Of a stretch of DNA of 64,000 nucleotides, positions 27,960 through 40,309 are shown piece after piece. Within the stretch, counting starts at the first letter, position 1. Every line of letters starts with the position of its first letter. Under the pieces are notes generated by a model. It saw only the letters and a program-made list of their open reading frames with translations, had not been told where the DNA came from and made no database searches. The position numbers were made by a program, and so were the translations under genes. Origin of the DNA: Blasia pusilla (taxonomy: Eukaryota); contig CM114271.1 of NCBI GenBank assembly GCA_050084515.1, positions 8,246,001 to 8,310,000 on the forward strand, read 5' to 3'.

Positions 27960-29890
27960 TCATGATGTATCTGCTATCTCCATAAATGTGTCGTCCAAAC
28001 TATCAAATTCTGGGGTAGGCACCAAACGGCCATGAATCGTAGAAGGTTTGTTGATAATGTTAGGGGTATGATTGCGCATTCTTTCTCGCAACTTGTTAAC
28101 AACTAAGTGACTCCCGAGGACTTCATTATGGACTAAGACATCAAATGGAGTGAATGCTGGTAATTCTTCAAGAGTAATGGAAAGAGTGGGTACTACTTCT
28201 GGAAGAGATTTAGTATGATTGTCGAATTGGCGCTTTCAATGTTTGTTGATGTAGTCGATTTCCTCGTTCATCTGCTCTTCGAAGTTCTTGCTTGCTTCGT
28301 CGACCAGCTCTTTAACATCGTCCGGGTCCATCTGGGCTTCGTTGAGTAGCTTCTGCTCTGCCTCCAAGACTGCGATCCTCCCGGTAGCCTCCGTCCATTG
28401 TGCCAATAAGTCTTTGTTCGCTTCTTGATGTTCTTGAAGCAGCTTCGAAGACTGGGCATGCTGGATCGACAACTTCTTGAATTCGGTGTGAACCTGCTGT
28501 ATCTGATGTCGATACTTGTTAATGAGGTGCGAAGCCTCCTTGATCTGCGAAACTAACTGATCCGCCCCACATTCGAGGTTAAGCGCCAAACTTTCCCATT
28601 GGCGTGCGTTCCCGGCGTGCGTCCGCCAGATCGACACCGACCAAGTCGCTGAGTTTTGGCGGCGTGGTCTGCGTTTCTTCGAGTTCCTGGTTCCGTATTT
28701 GCAGATTCGTTTCTGCTTCTCGACGCTCTACTTCGTGGTCTGACGAAGCTTGGGCTCTGCAGTTGAGGTCGTGCAAGCCTTCTAAATAATCGTCAACGGA
28801 TGCCGTATCCTCGAGTTGAAGAACCCGATGGAGTTGGTTCATGACGGGAACTGCCAATTGCAAGAACCACATCATGTCGTCTGCCGTCTGCGACATGAGA
28901 CGAAGCGTAGGTTGATGATCCCTTGCCCGCGGGGTCTCGTCAGAATCCTCCTGCATGACAGGTTCTGGGTCCGGGGGTGATTCAAAATTGACTCGGCCTC
29001 GCTTTGGCCGAGGCATTTCGTTGATAGCTTCGTCTTTCTTCAAAGCCAAAGTGTGCGGATGTTGCTGAGGTGCTTCGGAGGGCAGGGTGACTTCACCGCT
29101 ACCCCTGGTACTAGTTGCGCCTTTCCGTGGTAGTCAGACGGGGGTCACTTGCGACCAGTCTAACGCCTCCTCTGCGGTCAATTCCTGCTTGTGAATATAA
29201 AGGTGAATCAAGAAAGGAGAGAGGAAGGACTTCGTGCTTGGATGAAGCACGTCCACCATTCCTCGTACGTGCCCGTCCACAAAAGCAGCAAAGTCGACTC
29301 TTGGGGCTTCGGGGTCAAGGTGTTGATTCCAGATGATGTAGCACATCTACAAGATCTTGTTCGTTAGATAGTAAGAACGAGCGGGATAAAATAGGGTCAT
29401 CAGATGTTTGCAAAACTGACCAAAGACGGGCGGAGAGAGTGACGAAGCCTTGTATCCGTTCCTGCCCAGGCGCTTAGCCGTGACACAGCCGAGTGCTAAA
29501 AGATCTTCATGTTTGACAAGCAACTCCGTGTCATACTCGTACTCTGGCGCAGCCGGGAGCAGATAAGTTGCTCTCCAGTCGTCCGCCGTCTAGTGTTGGG
29601 GCTGAGCTCGATCCAGAAGACCCTTCTTTCGAAATTTGGCGACTGCAGACGCCGAGCAAAGCTCGCCCAGGAGTTCTCCGGATGTTAGGGTCCAGTTGGC
29701 TTGAAAAAAAGTTGCCAACGATCGCTCCTCCAGCGCTTTGATCAGCTCCGGTGACAGCTTGACCGTCGGCATCGCCGTGCTTCGCAGAATGGGTGTGGCG
29801 TCTTCGCGAGGCATGTTGCTAGGTCAATCTCGATGGACACCGCGCTTTGGCCTGCTACGCAACTTCGTGGTGATCTCGTCCATGAAAATA
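27960..29890 (-). pseudogene. Extra sense-strand ORF between integrase and 3' LTR (unknown N-terminal domain + coiled coil), frameshifted
   Basis: ORF pieces 29590-29814, 29134-29346, 28579-29049 and 28236-28637. Collinear protein similarity to 23668-25137. Confidence 0.75.
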
Positions 29891-30029
29891 CCCGCTTGGG
29901 TACGCCAGACTGCTCTTATAGTCCGCTCCCCCCCCCTGTCCGTTCTTGGTCGTGGCGCCGGGGCTGTAACAAGAAAGTGGGCGCTTTGCGACTTCGCCAC
30001 GCTGCCCCTTCCTATCTTCCTACGCTTCG

Positions 30030-30195
30030 CTGCTTCGTGAAGCATGGGCTGTCTGGAACCTCGGTGCTTCGCTACTTCGCGAAGCAATGTATATCTTCTG
30101 TGCTTCGTGACTTCGCGAAGCACGGTCTATCTTCTGTGCTTCGTGACTTCGCGAAGCACTGTATCTTTGTGCTTCATGACTTCGCGAAGCACGGG
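30030..30195. repeat. Short tandem array (~33-bp period, ~5 units) of hairpin gtgcttcgtgacttcgcgaagcac
   Basis: Repeated units with gtgcttcg...cgaagcac arms, between the IN stop and the extra ORF. Confidence 0.9.
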
Positions 30196-30222
30196 GCGTT
30201 CGCCTACCCCCTTCCTCATGTT

Positions 30223-31735
30223 TCAGTCATCCTCAGGTTCGGGCTCATAATACCGGCGCACATGCATTCCATTGACTCGCGTGGGCAGGGATTCTCCCTG
30301 TAAGGTTTCTAATTGGAGGGATCCATTATCATAGATGGCCAATACCCGGTAGGGTCCCATCCAATTTAATTTTAATTTTCCGGGGAACTTTAGTCGCCGG
30401 TTATCATACAATAGCACTAAGTCGCCAACATTGATAGATTGTGGCCGGAGATGTCGATCGTAACGTTTCTTACGTTCTTTTGCACTTGATCGTCTGTCGT
30501 AACGCGCGCATGCGTGCTTCTTCCAACTCCACTAGGGTCTCATTCCTGTGTTCGATAACTTCGTCCGCAACTTCCGTTCTTGTGCCCTCCAATACCCGAT
30601 AAGTGGGCAACGCCCATTGAATAGGTGTTAACGGATGTACCCCATAAGTCAGGAAGAACGGGGTGTAGTTTGTCGTCACCTTCTCAGCTGTTTGGTACGC
30701 CCATAATGCTGGGGCAATTTTTGTGTCCCAATCATAGGAATAGGTTACCGTTAATCGATTCAATATTCGGCAAATGAGGCCGTTCGATTTTTCCGTCAAC
30801 CCGTTGGCTTTAGGGTTGTAGGGAGTGGTTTTCCGATGCTTAATGAGAAAGTGGGAAGTGAGAGACTCAATAGTCTGGTTCAGGAAGTGCGTCCCCCGGT
30901 CACTGACTAGTTCCAACGGATAGCCATAACGCGTGATAATCATCTCGTATAAAAACTTAGCCACTGTTTCACTGTCATCTTTCCGCGTGGCTAATGCTTC
31001 AACCATCTTAGTACAATAGTCCGTGGCGATAAGAATATACTTCCGCCGGGTTTGGTGAGTGGCCGGGGAGATAGGGCCTACGAAGTCAATGCCCCATTTT
31101 TCAAAAGGAGCTAGGGGCATGATGGGGACCAAAGGCCACCGTGTAGTCGCCATGGGTCGACCTGCCCTTTGACAGGCATCACAACTCTGAATAAAATTAC
31201 CTACGTCTTTGTACATAGTCGGCCACCAATATCGTGCGGCCAAAATTTTCTTCACGGTATTTTTTACCGCATAGTGTCCATCGGAATCAGCCATATGGAG
31301 AGCTCTGATGACCTCGGGAACCTCTTCAGCTTCCAAGCATCTTCGATGCTCTTCATCAGCACCTAATTTGAATAAGACCCCTTGACAGAGCTCATAAGGG
31401 CCTATCCGATGTAAAAAAACTGCGCATTCTTCCGCTGTCATCGGGGCAGGAAGTCGTAGAGTCATTAGAAAATGCAGAATATCCGCATACAACGACCGGC
31501 TCAACCGTTCCTCTGTTATCTGGAACAGATCTTCATCGGGAAAGGTATCATCGACAGATTGGGTGAGGTCCGCGTTTGTCATCCTCAACCTGGAAAGAAA
31601 ATCGGCATTGGTATGCACCTTGCCAGCACGGGTCACCACATCGAATGTGAATTCTTGTAGCAACAAGATCCACCGTGCAATGCGTCCTGACAGGTCGGCT
31701 TTCACCATTAAGGGTCTGAGTGCAAAATGATCCAC
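30223..31735 (-). pseudogene. pol: Element Y: end of RNase H and integrase
   Basis: HHCC (LH..GHY..CDAC), core WGIDFVG..LVSDRGTHF..NGLTEKSN, and WMGPY. Frameshift near 30480. Confidence 0.95.
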
Positions 31736-31739
31736 ATGA

Positions 31740-32995
31740 AAGACAAATTGCCCTAATAAATAGTGTCGGAACTTTTACACGAGAAGACCATGCCTAACGC
31801 CTCGTTCGGGTGGTTGTATATTTCGCTCTGCCGCCGATAGTTGTCGGCCGGCGTAGCAAATTGGAAAATCATGTTTGTGCTCATCCAATTGGCTGAGCAC
31901 TACTCCAATGGCAAATGAGGATGTGCCCACATACACGTGGAAGGGTTTGGTCCAATCGGGGGACTGAAGTACAGGAGCCTTTTGCAATGCGTCTTTTAAG
32001 GTGTCGAATGCCACTTGGCACGTTGGTGTCCACTCCCATTCGGTGGTCTTCTCAAGTAATGCAGTAAGAGCGCCTGCTTTTACCGCGTGATCTTTAATGA
32101 ACAAATCGATCGATAATCTCTCAATTCCGGAGATTAGTGGGTGGTTCCCGATAATATCCACCTTGGCCTTGTCGACCTCAATTCCCGGAGGAATTCCTTG
32201 TTTCATAGCGATATAGGATTTTTCCGGATGAAGGGACAAATGCACTTCGCGACAACGTGCGAGTGTTAACTATAACTTTTCAAGATGCTCGGCCTCCGTG
32301 CTAAAGATACAAAAATCGTCTAAAAAGATTTCAACAAACTTCCAAAGATACTCCTGGAAGATGGAGATCATCATCTGTTGGAAAGTAGTTGGGGCATTGC
32401 ACAACCCAAAAGGCATTACGCGATATGCAAAAGTTCCCCAGTCCGTCGTGAACGTTGTGAGGGGATGATCCTTTTCTCTTATGGATACCTGGTTGTACCC
32501 CGAATACCCGTCCAAGAAGGTATAACGCTCATGCCTCGCCACTTTATCCAAAATACTGTCAGTGAAAGGTAGAGGATGGTGGTCTTTTAAGGTGGCCGCA
32601 TTTAATTTTCGATAGTCCTGGCACACTCGGATTTTGCCCGTTTGTTTTTTAGGCACAATTACGATGGGCGACACCCACTCGCTGCTTAACACCGGATAGA
32701 TTATTCCGGCCTCGAGACGCTGATCGATCTTGTCCTTGAATAACAAGGAGTACTTTGGGTTCAGTCGATATTGTCGCATTCGCACCGGGACCGCGCCTTC
32801 TTTAAGATCAATTCGGTGTTCACCATATTGTGCGGGAATGCCTCTCATTTCATCCATAGAGTATGCAAAGACATCCAAATACTCAAACAGTAGTCTTTTA
32901 TATTTTATAAGTGTGGTAGGAGACAAATCCGCCGAAAGGCGTAGAGATTTTTGATCTGCAATATTGACCTGGACATAGTCCTGCTCCTGAACCAT
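31740..32995 (-). pseudogene. pol: Element Y: reverse transcriptase and RNase H
   Basis: RVCQDYRKLN..FLDGYSGYNQ..MPFGLCNAP..IFLDDF, then PDWTKPFHVYVGTSSFAIGVVLSQ. Stop at 32270 and small deletions. Confidence 0.95.
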
Positions 32996-33091
32996 GTTTT
33001 CTGTAAACTGGAAGGTGCTATGACCTAGCTTCTCTTCCTCTCGAGTCGACCTTGGCTTGGAGGGTACTGCCTCCTCATCTATTTCATAATA

Positions 33092-33589
33092 TTATAAGTA
33101 ATATACATTGGACGAGGACTCAGTAGCGGTGGTGTTGTCTTGATCTGACGTATAGTAGTCGTCAGTCGGTGGCGTCTCTCCTTGAGACGGTCGAGATTTC
33201 CACGACAGTTTGATGAGCCGCTTCGAGTCCTGATTCGGCGCCTGGAACGTGAACCGTCGCCTTTTCCAATCTATACTCACTCTTGCGCCATACAGCCAGG
33301 GTCTTCCGATGAGCAAAGGATAGCCCGTCGCGGTGAGGGGCTGTAAGACTAAGTAGTCCAACATAAACAACACCCCCCCGAGCATGGTCGGAATTTGCGT
33401 GAGCTGTCCGAGGGGTCTCTTCCGGGATTGATCCGCAAACCGCAAGTACTTGTCCGTGGGCTCGTACACTGTGTACCCTAGGGCCCGAGCTGTTTGCTCC
33501 GTCATAATATTGATTCCGCCTCCGGAATCAATGGGGACCTTCTTAATAGTATGGCCCTCAATCTCCACCTCCACTTCGGGTGCTCCCAA
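33092..33589 (-). pseudogene. pol: Element Y: aspartic protease
   Basis: VPIDSGGGINIM active site and LLIGRPWL motif. Confidence 0.92.
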
Positions 33590-33599
33590 GTCCTCGACT

Positions 33600-35849
33600 T
33601 CGATACGAACAGTCCACCATCGGCGGTACCGCTTCGCTGCCTTCCCGGTCTTTGCGGCTGATTTTCCACCTTTGTTGTAGGATTTTTCGTATCTTTGGGT
33701 TATCTATTAGCAATCGTGATCGGGTTATGTTGGCCGGGGTTGACGCCAAGTCCCTTAGTAAATCGTACGCTTCTAGGACCAGTGGTGATGTCGCCATGGC
33801 TTGGACTGTCGTACTTGGGTTGGCCTTTGCCTTTTCTGGGGTCTGTTTCCCCTCTGGTTCCTGGGCCTCCCGCACTTGAGCACGGACCTGGTCCTCCACA
33901 TCCTGATGGAAGTATTTCGGATGACTTCGGTCAAAGGCCGGGTCCACATCGCCTTTGAGGATGGCCTTTCCGTCACGTAAGGTGTTCACCGCTTTGTTCT
34001 TGGGCTCCCGAGCTTTGCGCGAAGACGAAGCACCCTTCTTTACCTTTGGGGTCCCTGCGGTCTGACTCTTTGATCTCGTGGTGACCGCCAACACTGTTTC
34101 TTGAAATTCTTTGGGCCAGTCTGATGATTCTTCGTTGGCCCCTTGGGTCGAGTCTTCCTCGCTGATGGTGACTCGCTTTGGTCTCGGGGACACTACTTCT
34201 TCCACCCGGACCAGTTGTACATTTACATCGTTCTTGGGCTTTGGTTGAGCCGCTGGAGTATTTACATACCTGACCAACAAACGTGGGACCTTAGGCTCGG
34301 GCATTCCACGGCAAGTGTGCCGCCCTTCTTGCGATTCCCGCGTGATAAGGGATTGAGTCCCACCGGTCGCCGGGTTTGGCAATTATTGGCCCGATGGTCT
34401 GCTGGGGGCGTTATAACAAAATTTCTCTTGATGGGTGGCGTGAAGGCCGCGGACCCATAACTGTCTCGGGGTCTCTCTTCCCGTATTCGGAGGTACATAC
34501 CGCGTGATCCAGCTTCTTCCGGGGTTTGGGGTGGGCACGCTTGCACGGCATAGCACCCTTCCCACTGCTCGGTTCATACCATCCTTCTTCAATAGGGGCC
34601 TCTTCTGGACCCACCGCAGATCCCGCCGAGCAGGGCATTCTTGTACAGTATGCCCCTGGGTTCCACAACTACTACACCAAACGTTGGGCCTCATCAGCCC
34701 GGGTCATCTTCAGGGGTCCTTCTGGGCCGCCAGATGTACCTTCAACTCAGCCATTTGGTTACTGAGTTCCTCCATGGCCAATTTTCCGGCCTTCCTTGCC
34801 GTCCCTCTTACCGGACTTTCCGACCGCTGAGGACGACGCTTGGTACTTGGTCGGGTTTTAGTCTGGTGCTTGGGGGAGCGATGACGCCTACTCTTCACTT
34901 TCCTTTTAGCTTTTACCTCCTGCTCCGAGTCCGAGGACTCGGACGAATCCTTTGTAGAGGATTCCGTGTCGGTGGAGGACGCTTCGTCTTCGGACGAAGC
35001 ACTAGTCTGCGACGCCCCTCTTCGTTGGTGACGCCGTCTTCGTGTTCGGCGGGATTTTCCTGAAGCTTCGTACGCCTCAGCAGAGGCTATGACTGCCTCC
35101 CGGGAATCCCGTTGACCTCTCCGACAATACCTATCCATTTCTTTGGACAAGCCAGACACGAACCAATCTACCAATTGGGAGGTAGTCGTGTGTTCTAGCT
35201 TATTCACGAGGCTCCGGAACCGTTGGGTATATTCCCGGAGAGTTTCCTTCTTTCTTCGCTTCAGGTCGTGAAGCTTTGTAAGAAGCCTGTCCTCGAACTC
35301 CAAGTCGCGGAACTCATGTAGGAAGGATTCCATGACCCTTTTCCAGGTCTCCGTGACCTCTGCTCCGAGACCTTCATACCACTGGCTTGCTCGCTTCTTG
35401 AGCAGGCCCGGGAAGACTCGTAACAAATCCTCCTCTGCCCCTTCCCCGTTGGCTTTTGCGACATGGGTGAATTCAAGAATAAAGTTATCCACATCGTCTC
35501 GTCGGCCTCCAGCAAAGGTGGGGTACCTTAGCAGAGTTTTTCTAGTGTTGGCCATGGGCACTGCTCTCCTGCTGGCTGCCGGGCTTGATGCTCGAGAGGG
35601 AGGAGGTAAAAGTGCCGCCCGAGGTGCTCTGATCGGCTCCTCGCCCCCTAACTCCCCAAAGGGATCCCAGGACGACTCTTCGTCCGACTGCGAACTGGCA
35701 GGGGACGTAGTGGACAATTTTTTCCCTTTCTTTCTTCTTGGTCTTCGTCTTTGGACAAGGACGAAGACTCGGAGACGAACCAGGGGGTCTCCAAGCCTAC
35801 TGCGCCGATCGGCTCGCTGCTCTCGTGAAGAGGGCTGAGAGCCCTCCAT
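33600..35849 (-). pseudogene. gag: Element Y: gag with zinc knuckles
   Basis: ORF 34710-35849 (YPTFAG..DVDNFI..ASQWY..LREYTQRF..WFVSGL) and CSSCGTQGHTVQEC in 34383-34694. Frameshifts. Confidence 0.92.
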
Positions 35850-36280
35850 AAGTCCCTTGGGGGATTTGGCAACTCGCGATCACCCCCACGGTGGCGATAG
35901 GGTAAGGGTCCATGGATGGAGGTTAACTAGTGATTCTTTTTACATCTACCGGAGGGTGCCTGGTGCTCCTATGCTTCCTGCCAGGTTTTCCTCCCATAGA
36001 CAGAAGTACCGGGTTTTCACCAAGTACCACTATCGTCCATGGGCGAAGCACCGTTCGGCGACCGGTTCTTTGACCATTCTATTTAGTTGGCCTATCTTCT
36101 TTAGCACCAATGCAGCAACTGTATTGTTATCTTCAAGCATACATTGTCTTACAGGGGTCGCTAGAGCTAGCCGATGGTCTTTAGTAAGAATTAGAATGTG
36201 GGTTGTCTAGGAGCGAAGCTTCTTTCTCCGTTCCCTACTTCCCCATGGGTCTTTCTCTCCCTTCTCAGCCAAGGATATGA

Positions 36281-36298
36281 TCCCCGGTTGCGGCGCCA
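36281..36298 (-). promoter_or_regulatory. Primer binding site, tRNA-Asp type (element Y)
   Basis: The minus strand reads tggcgccgcaaccgggga, 17 nt inside the 5' LTR end. Confidence 0.8.
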
Positions 36299-36315
36299 AA
36301 AAGTCTTCAACTATA

Positions 36316-37507
36316 TGTAATGTCTAAGTGTTTCTTATTTAGAGTCAATTGTAGAGTTCGATCCCCAAGAGGATCACTGTTGGATGAAAAGAGAGTATAA
36401 AGTGATGATTATGTTGTAAAAGTGTAATTGATTATGTAATTCAAATGTGGTATTCCAGTAACATCTTCCGATCCTTTTTAGTACCTATGTTTTCTTCTTC
36501 AATTCTCTCGAGTGGAGTTTAAAGGACGCTCAGGCTATTTGTTCTCTTGACATCTCGGAACCTCACAGAGATCTCAAGAATAAAGCTGGCTTCTCCTACT
36601 TTCGGAACTCAATCCGTCGGGGTAGGTTACTCTCTGTCAAACAGATTTCATACAACTTTATGTTGATTATTCCATTGATGAGAAAGGTTCACTTTGATTC
36701 ACTCTTCACTCAGTGAGACTCCAAAAAGAATATTCAGACATAAGCATCGCACATCAGAATGAATGAATGAATGCTTTACTACTCCATCAAGAATTGGAAG
36801 ACTTCAAAGTATATACAAGCTCGAGAGGGTACAACTCTCTTGCTCGGACCATTCCTACAGCATAAGGACTTCATGAGCGAATGATGCTCATAGCTTCTGT
36901 CCTGTTTCTTAAATATTCTCGAGAATAGGATTGCTTCTATGATCCGAAGCGTTCTTGATGAAGTTGGTGTCTCTTCAATATCTGTAACTACCTAGATCTA
37001 TGGTTCTCTTAGCTTTTCCTACGATCCTTATGAATCCGCGGTGCAAAACTGTCCTAACTACCAATTTGATACAAAGGGTCTCGCCCTTTCCTAGTCTAAT
37101 TGTTCTAAGTATGTGTCGTTTCGAATCTCAATTCTGCGGAGCTTCGCTGCGCTAAATTTTCGGAGGACGAAGTTCTTCCTTCTTCTTCTTGCTTCGTGCT
37201 TCGTGCTTCGCTCTTCGTTCAAGAGCAAAGTACTTCGTATATAGAGCTTCGTTAAGCTTCGTTAGACTTTGTTAAACTCTATTAAGCTTCGCTAAGCTTC
37301 GCTGAGCTTTTATACTTCTTTACAGCTTTTGATTCTCCTCTAAGGCAAATCCTTGATCTTCCATCTCTCTGCCTTGTCTTAGGAGCTTGGTGATTCACTT
37401 GTTCATCTTCATAATAATAGATAATCATAATCAAAATCATAATATACAAGAGTCTTCGTTGAATAAAAAGATATATTCTTCAAGATTACAAAATTGTGGG
37501 TATCACA
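36316..37507 (-). repeat. 5' LTR of element Y
   Basis: Direct repeat of 26737-27924. Confidence 0.97.
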
Positions 37508-38037
37508 CCCACCTAGGGAAGAGACAACCCTCAACTAGTCCAACAAGGCAGCAACCAAGGGACGAGGGCACAACTTCAAATGTCAGATGGATCCAGGATT
37601 GTGAAGAGGAGAATGTGTGGAGAGTGTCTACCAGGAGGCAAACCAATGAAGAGAAGGGCAAGGGGCCTGCAAGAGAGGAGGTCAGATCAGGTGGTGAAGA
37701 GGAGGAAGAAGCTCCAGTCTTTGAGTTGCCTGATGTTATTGAAGAAACGCTAGCCCACTTGTAAGAGCTACATACCAAGGAGGGAGAGGCCCATACCAAG
37801 AAGACTACAATGGTGGTAAGACCCTCTTTGTCCCCTGCAGCCAGAAGGGAGTTGCACTACAACATCATGCTGGACATTGAGAAGAGGCTAGTTGAAGTCA
37901 CCATTGGGCAGTTGTTGAAGGATAATCCAAGGTACCGAAAGCAAGTGTTGGATGCAGTGAAGAGCAAGAAGAGGAAGAGGCTGCCACCTACCATTTTAGA
38001 GGTGAGGTACACTGAAGTGGAGGATTGGGGAGCACCA

Positions 38038-39903
38038 TTGGACTTCTCTATTAACCCATTTTCTTTAGGGTTCCAGGGAGTCATCTTACGATGTTTGATC
38101 AAGAAATGTTCTGTCAAAGATTCAAGAGTCTTGTTAAGGATGTGAGTTCCCCGATCACTCACCAACTCCAATGGACAGCCATACTTGGTGAGAATCATTT
38201 CATAAAGGAACTTAGATACTGCTTCACTAACATCCTTTTGAGTAGCTATTGCTTCCACTATCTTGGTACAATAATCAATTGCGAGTTTGTCGAGTAGTCG
38301 GAGAAATTGGTCCCACAAAATCAATCCCCCATTTCTCAACAGGAGTTAATGGAAGTATGGGAACCAGAGGCCAGTGATCAAGAAGTAGCTGTTAGCCTTC
38401 TTGCTCTTTGACACGCATCACATTTCCGAATAAATTTCCCAACATCCCGATACATCGTGGACCACCAACAGCGGGTAGCTAAAATCTTCTTTATCGTGTT
38501 CTTGACTGCCTAGTGCCCTCTTGCATCTGCTGAATGCATAGCAGCAATAACTCTAGAGACCTCATCCGCTTCCTAGCATCTTCGATACTCTTCATCAACG
38601 CCCAAATTTAATAGCACCCCTTGGCACAACTCATATGGCACCACCTTGTGTAGAACCATAGCCCGTTCCTCCGCCGTCACAGGCATTGGGAATCGTAAAG
38701 TCAATAAAAAGTGCAATATATCTTTGTATATGGAACTTTGCAGCTTTTTTTTGCTAATTTAAAACATGTATTTGTCAGAAAAAGTGTCGCCTAAGATCTT
38801 CGTAAGATTAGCGTTCGGCATCCATAGGCGAGATAAAAAATCCGCGTTGGTGTGCACTTTTCTAGCTCGAGTGACGACATCAACAGTAAATTCTTGTAAC
38901 AACAAGATCCAACAAGCAATTCTTCTTGATTGGTCAGCCTTAGCCATTAAAGGTTGAAGCACTAAATGGTCCACATGAAAAAAAATCTCATACCCCAACA
39001 TGTAGTGGCAAAACCTCTTGCAAGAGAATACCAACCCCAACGCCTCCCTCTTAGTAGGAGTGTACTTGTGTTTTGCGCTTGAGAGTTGTCGGCCCGCATC
39101 ATTAATTGGGTAATCTTTCTACTTGTCATTGAGTTGGCTCAACACCACAAAAATTGTGAATGACCATATGTCCACATACACATGGAAGGTCTTTGTCCAA
39201 TCAGAAGGACGAAGCACATGAGCTGATAACAAAGCCTGTTTCAACTCCTCAAAAGCGGCTTGGCATGGGGAGTTCCACTCCCACTCGGTTGCCTTCTTCA
39301 ACAAGGTAGTTGAGGATCTCCCTTTCACCACATAATCCTTAATAAAATGTTGATAGTGCCATAAGTGACCAAGGAATCCTCTCAACTCCGTGAGATTCTT
39401 AGGATCTTCTAGCACCACAATTATCTCCATGTTTGCTTTGTCTACTTTGATCCCTTGAGAGGACACTCGGTATCCCAACAAGAGACCTTGTCTCATTATA
39501 ATATAGGATTTTTTGGGTGTAGAGACAACTAAAAATCTAGGCAGTGAGCTAAGGTTATCTCTAGCGTGTGCAAATGCTCTACCTCCGAACTGAAAATATA
39601 GAAGTCATCGAGGAAGATTTTGATGAATCTTCAAAGGTATTCTTGGAAAATAGAAATCATCATCCGCTCGAATGTGGCAAGTGCATTCACAACCCAAAGG
39701 GCATAACTCAGTATGCAAAAGTATCCCAATCAGTAGTGAAAGAAGTGAGGGGCCGATCTTTCTCTCTAATCGGTCCTAGTTATAGCTGTCCAAGAGCATG
39801 TAACGCTCATGTCTAGCTACTTTGTCCAAAATGGTGTGCGTGAAGGATAACCGATGGTGATCCTTTAAGGTTGCCGCATGTATCTTCCTATAGTCTTGGC
39901 ATA
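38038..39903 (-). pseudogene. pol: Decayed gypsy pol fragment (RT-RNase H-integrase core) related to element Y
   Basis: ICQDYRKI, FLDD region, ORF 39119-39496 (RH), ORF 38759-39040, and DYCTKIVEA..LVSDRGTH..NGLIEKSNG. Truncated at both ends. Confidence 0.9.
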
Positions 39904-40309
39904 TGTCGTGCGTATACACATCGCTACACAACATACATCGTTGTTACTGAACATACACATAAATATACACGATCCCATGCTAACTCAAATAATACACACA
40001 CAACAAAAAAACAAGTACCAAAATATCTCCAATCCCCCCTAACTAGTGGTTAGGTCCCTCTAACTCCAAATAGCCATCTATCCCTACCTACCATGACATA
40101 CATCTCTCGGACTCTAAGAGCAAGAAGATCGGATGCTTATGTGGCTCCATCATTAGTCGCCTTCTTGGCATCCATGTCACAGACACAAGTTGAAATCTAA
40201 AACTACCTACTCTATGTTCATCTGAGATACATCCCGTCCCCGAGGAATCCTAGTAACATATGGCATCAAACATGCCATATGCCATCCTCTCGAACATCCA
40301 TGTCACATC

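Larger units (their letters stand above)
26737..37507 (-). mobile_element. Full-length young non-chromovirus Ty3/gypsy LTR retrotransposon (element Y) inserted in the gag of H
   Basis: Two near-identical ~1.19-kb LTRs, TG..CA ends, TSD cccat/cccac (26732-26736, 37508-37512), PBS, PPT, and domain order gag-PR-RT-RH-IN. Confidence 0.97.
20369..38037 (+). mobile_element. Truncated non-chromovirus Ty3/gypsy element H (LTR, PBS, gag, start of protease region) hosting two nested insertions
   Basis: LTR, tRNA-Asp PBS, and gag at 25437-26736 that resumes at 37508 after the nested element and stops at EDWGAP just before the protease. Confidence 0.8.

Noticed and set aside
19918-38040. Single 18-kb inversion, since the IN fragment at 19918 begins near the codon (NG) where the 38038 fragment ends
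   Set aside because: The reciprocal junction does not restore a protease. The 19.9-kb fragment also looks much more distant from element Y than the 38-kb fragment, suggesting different families.
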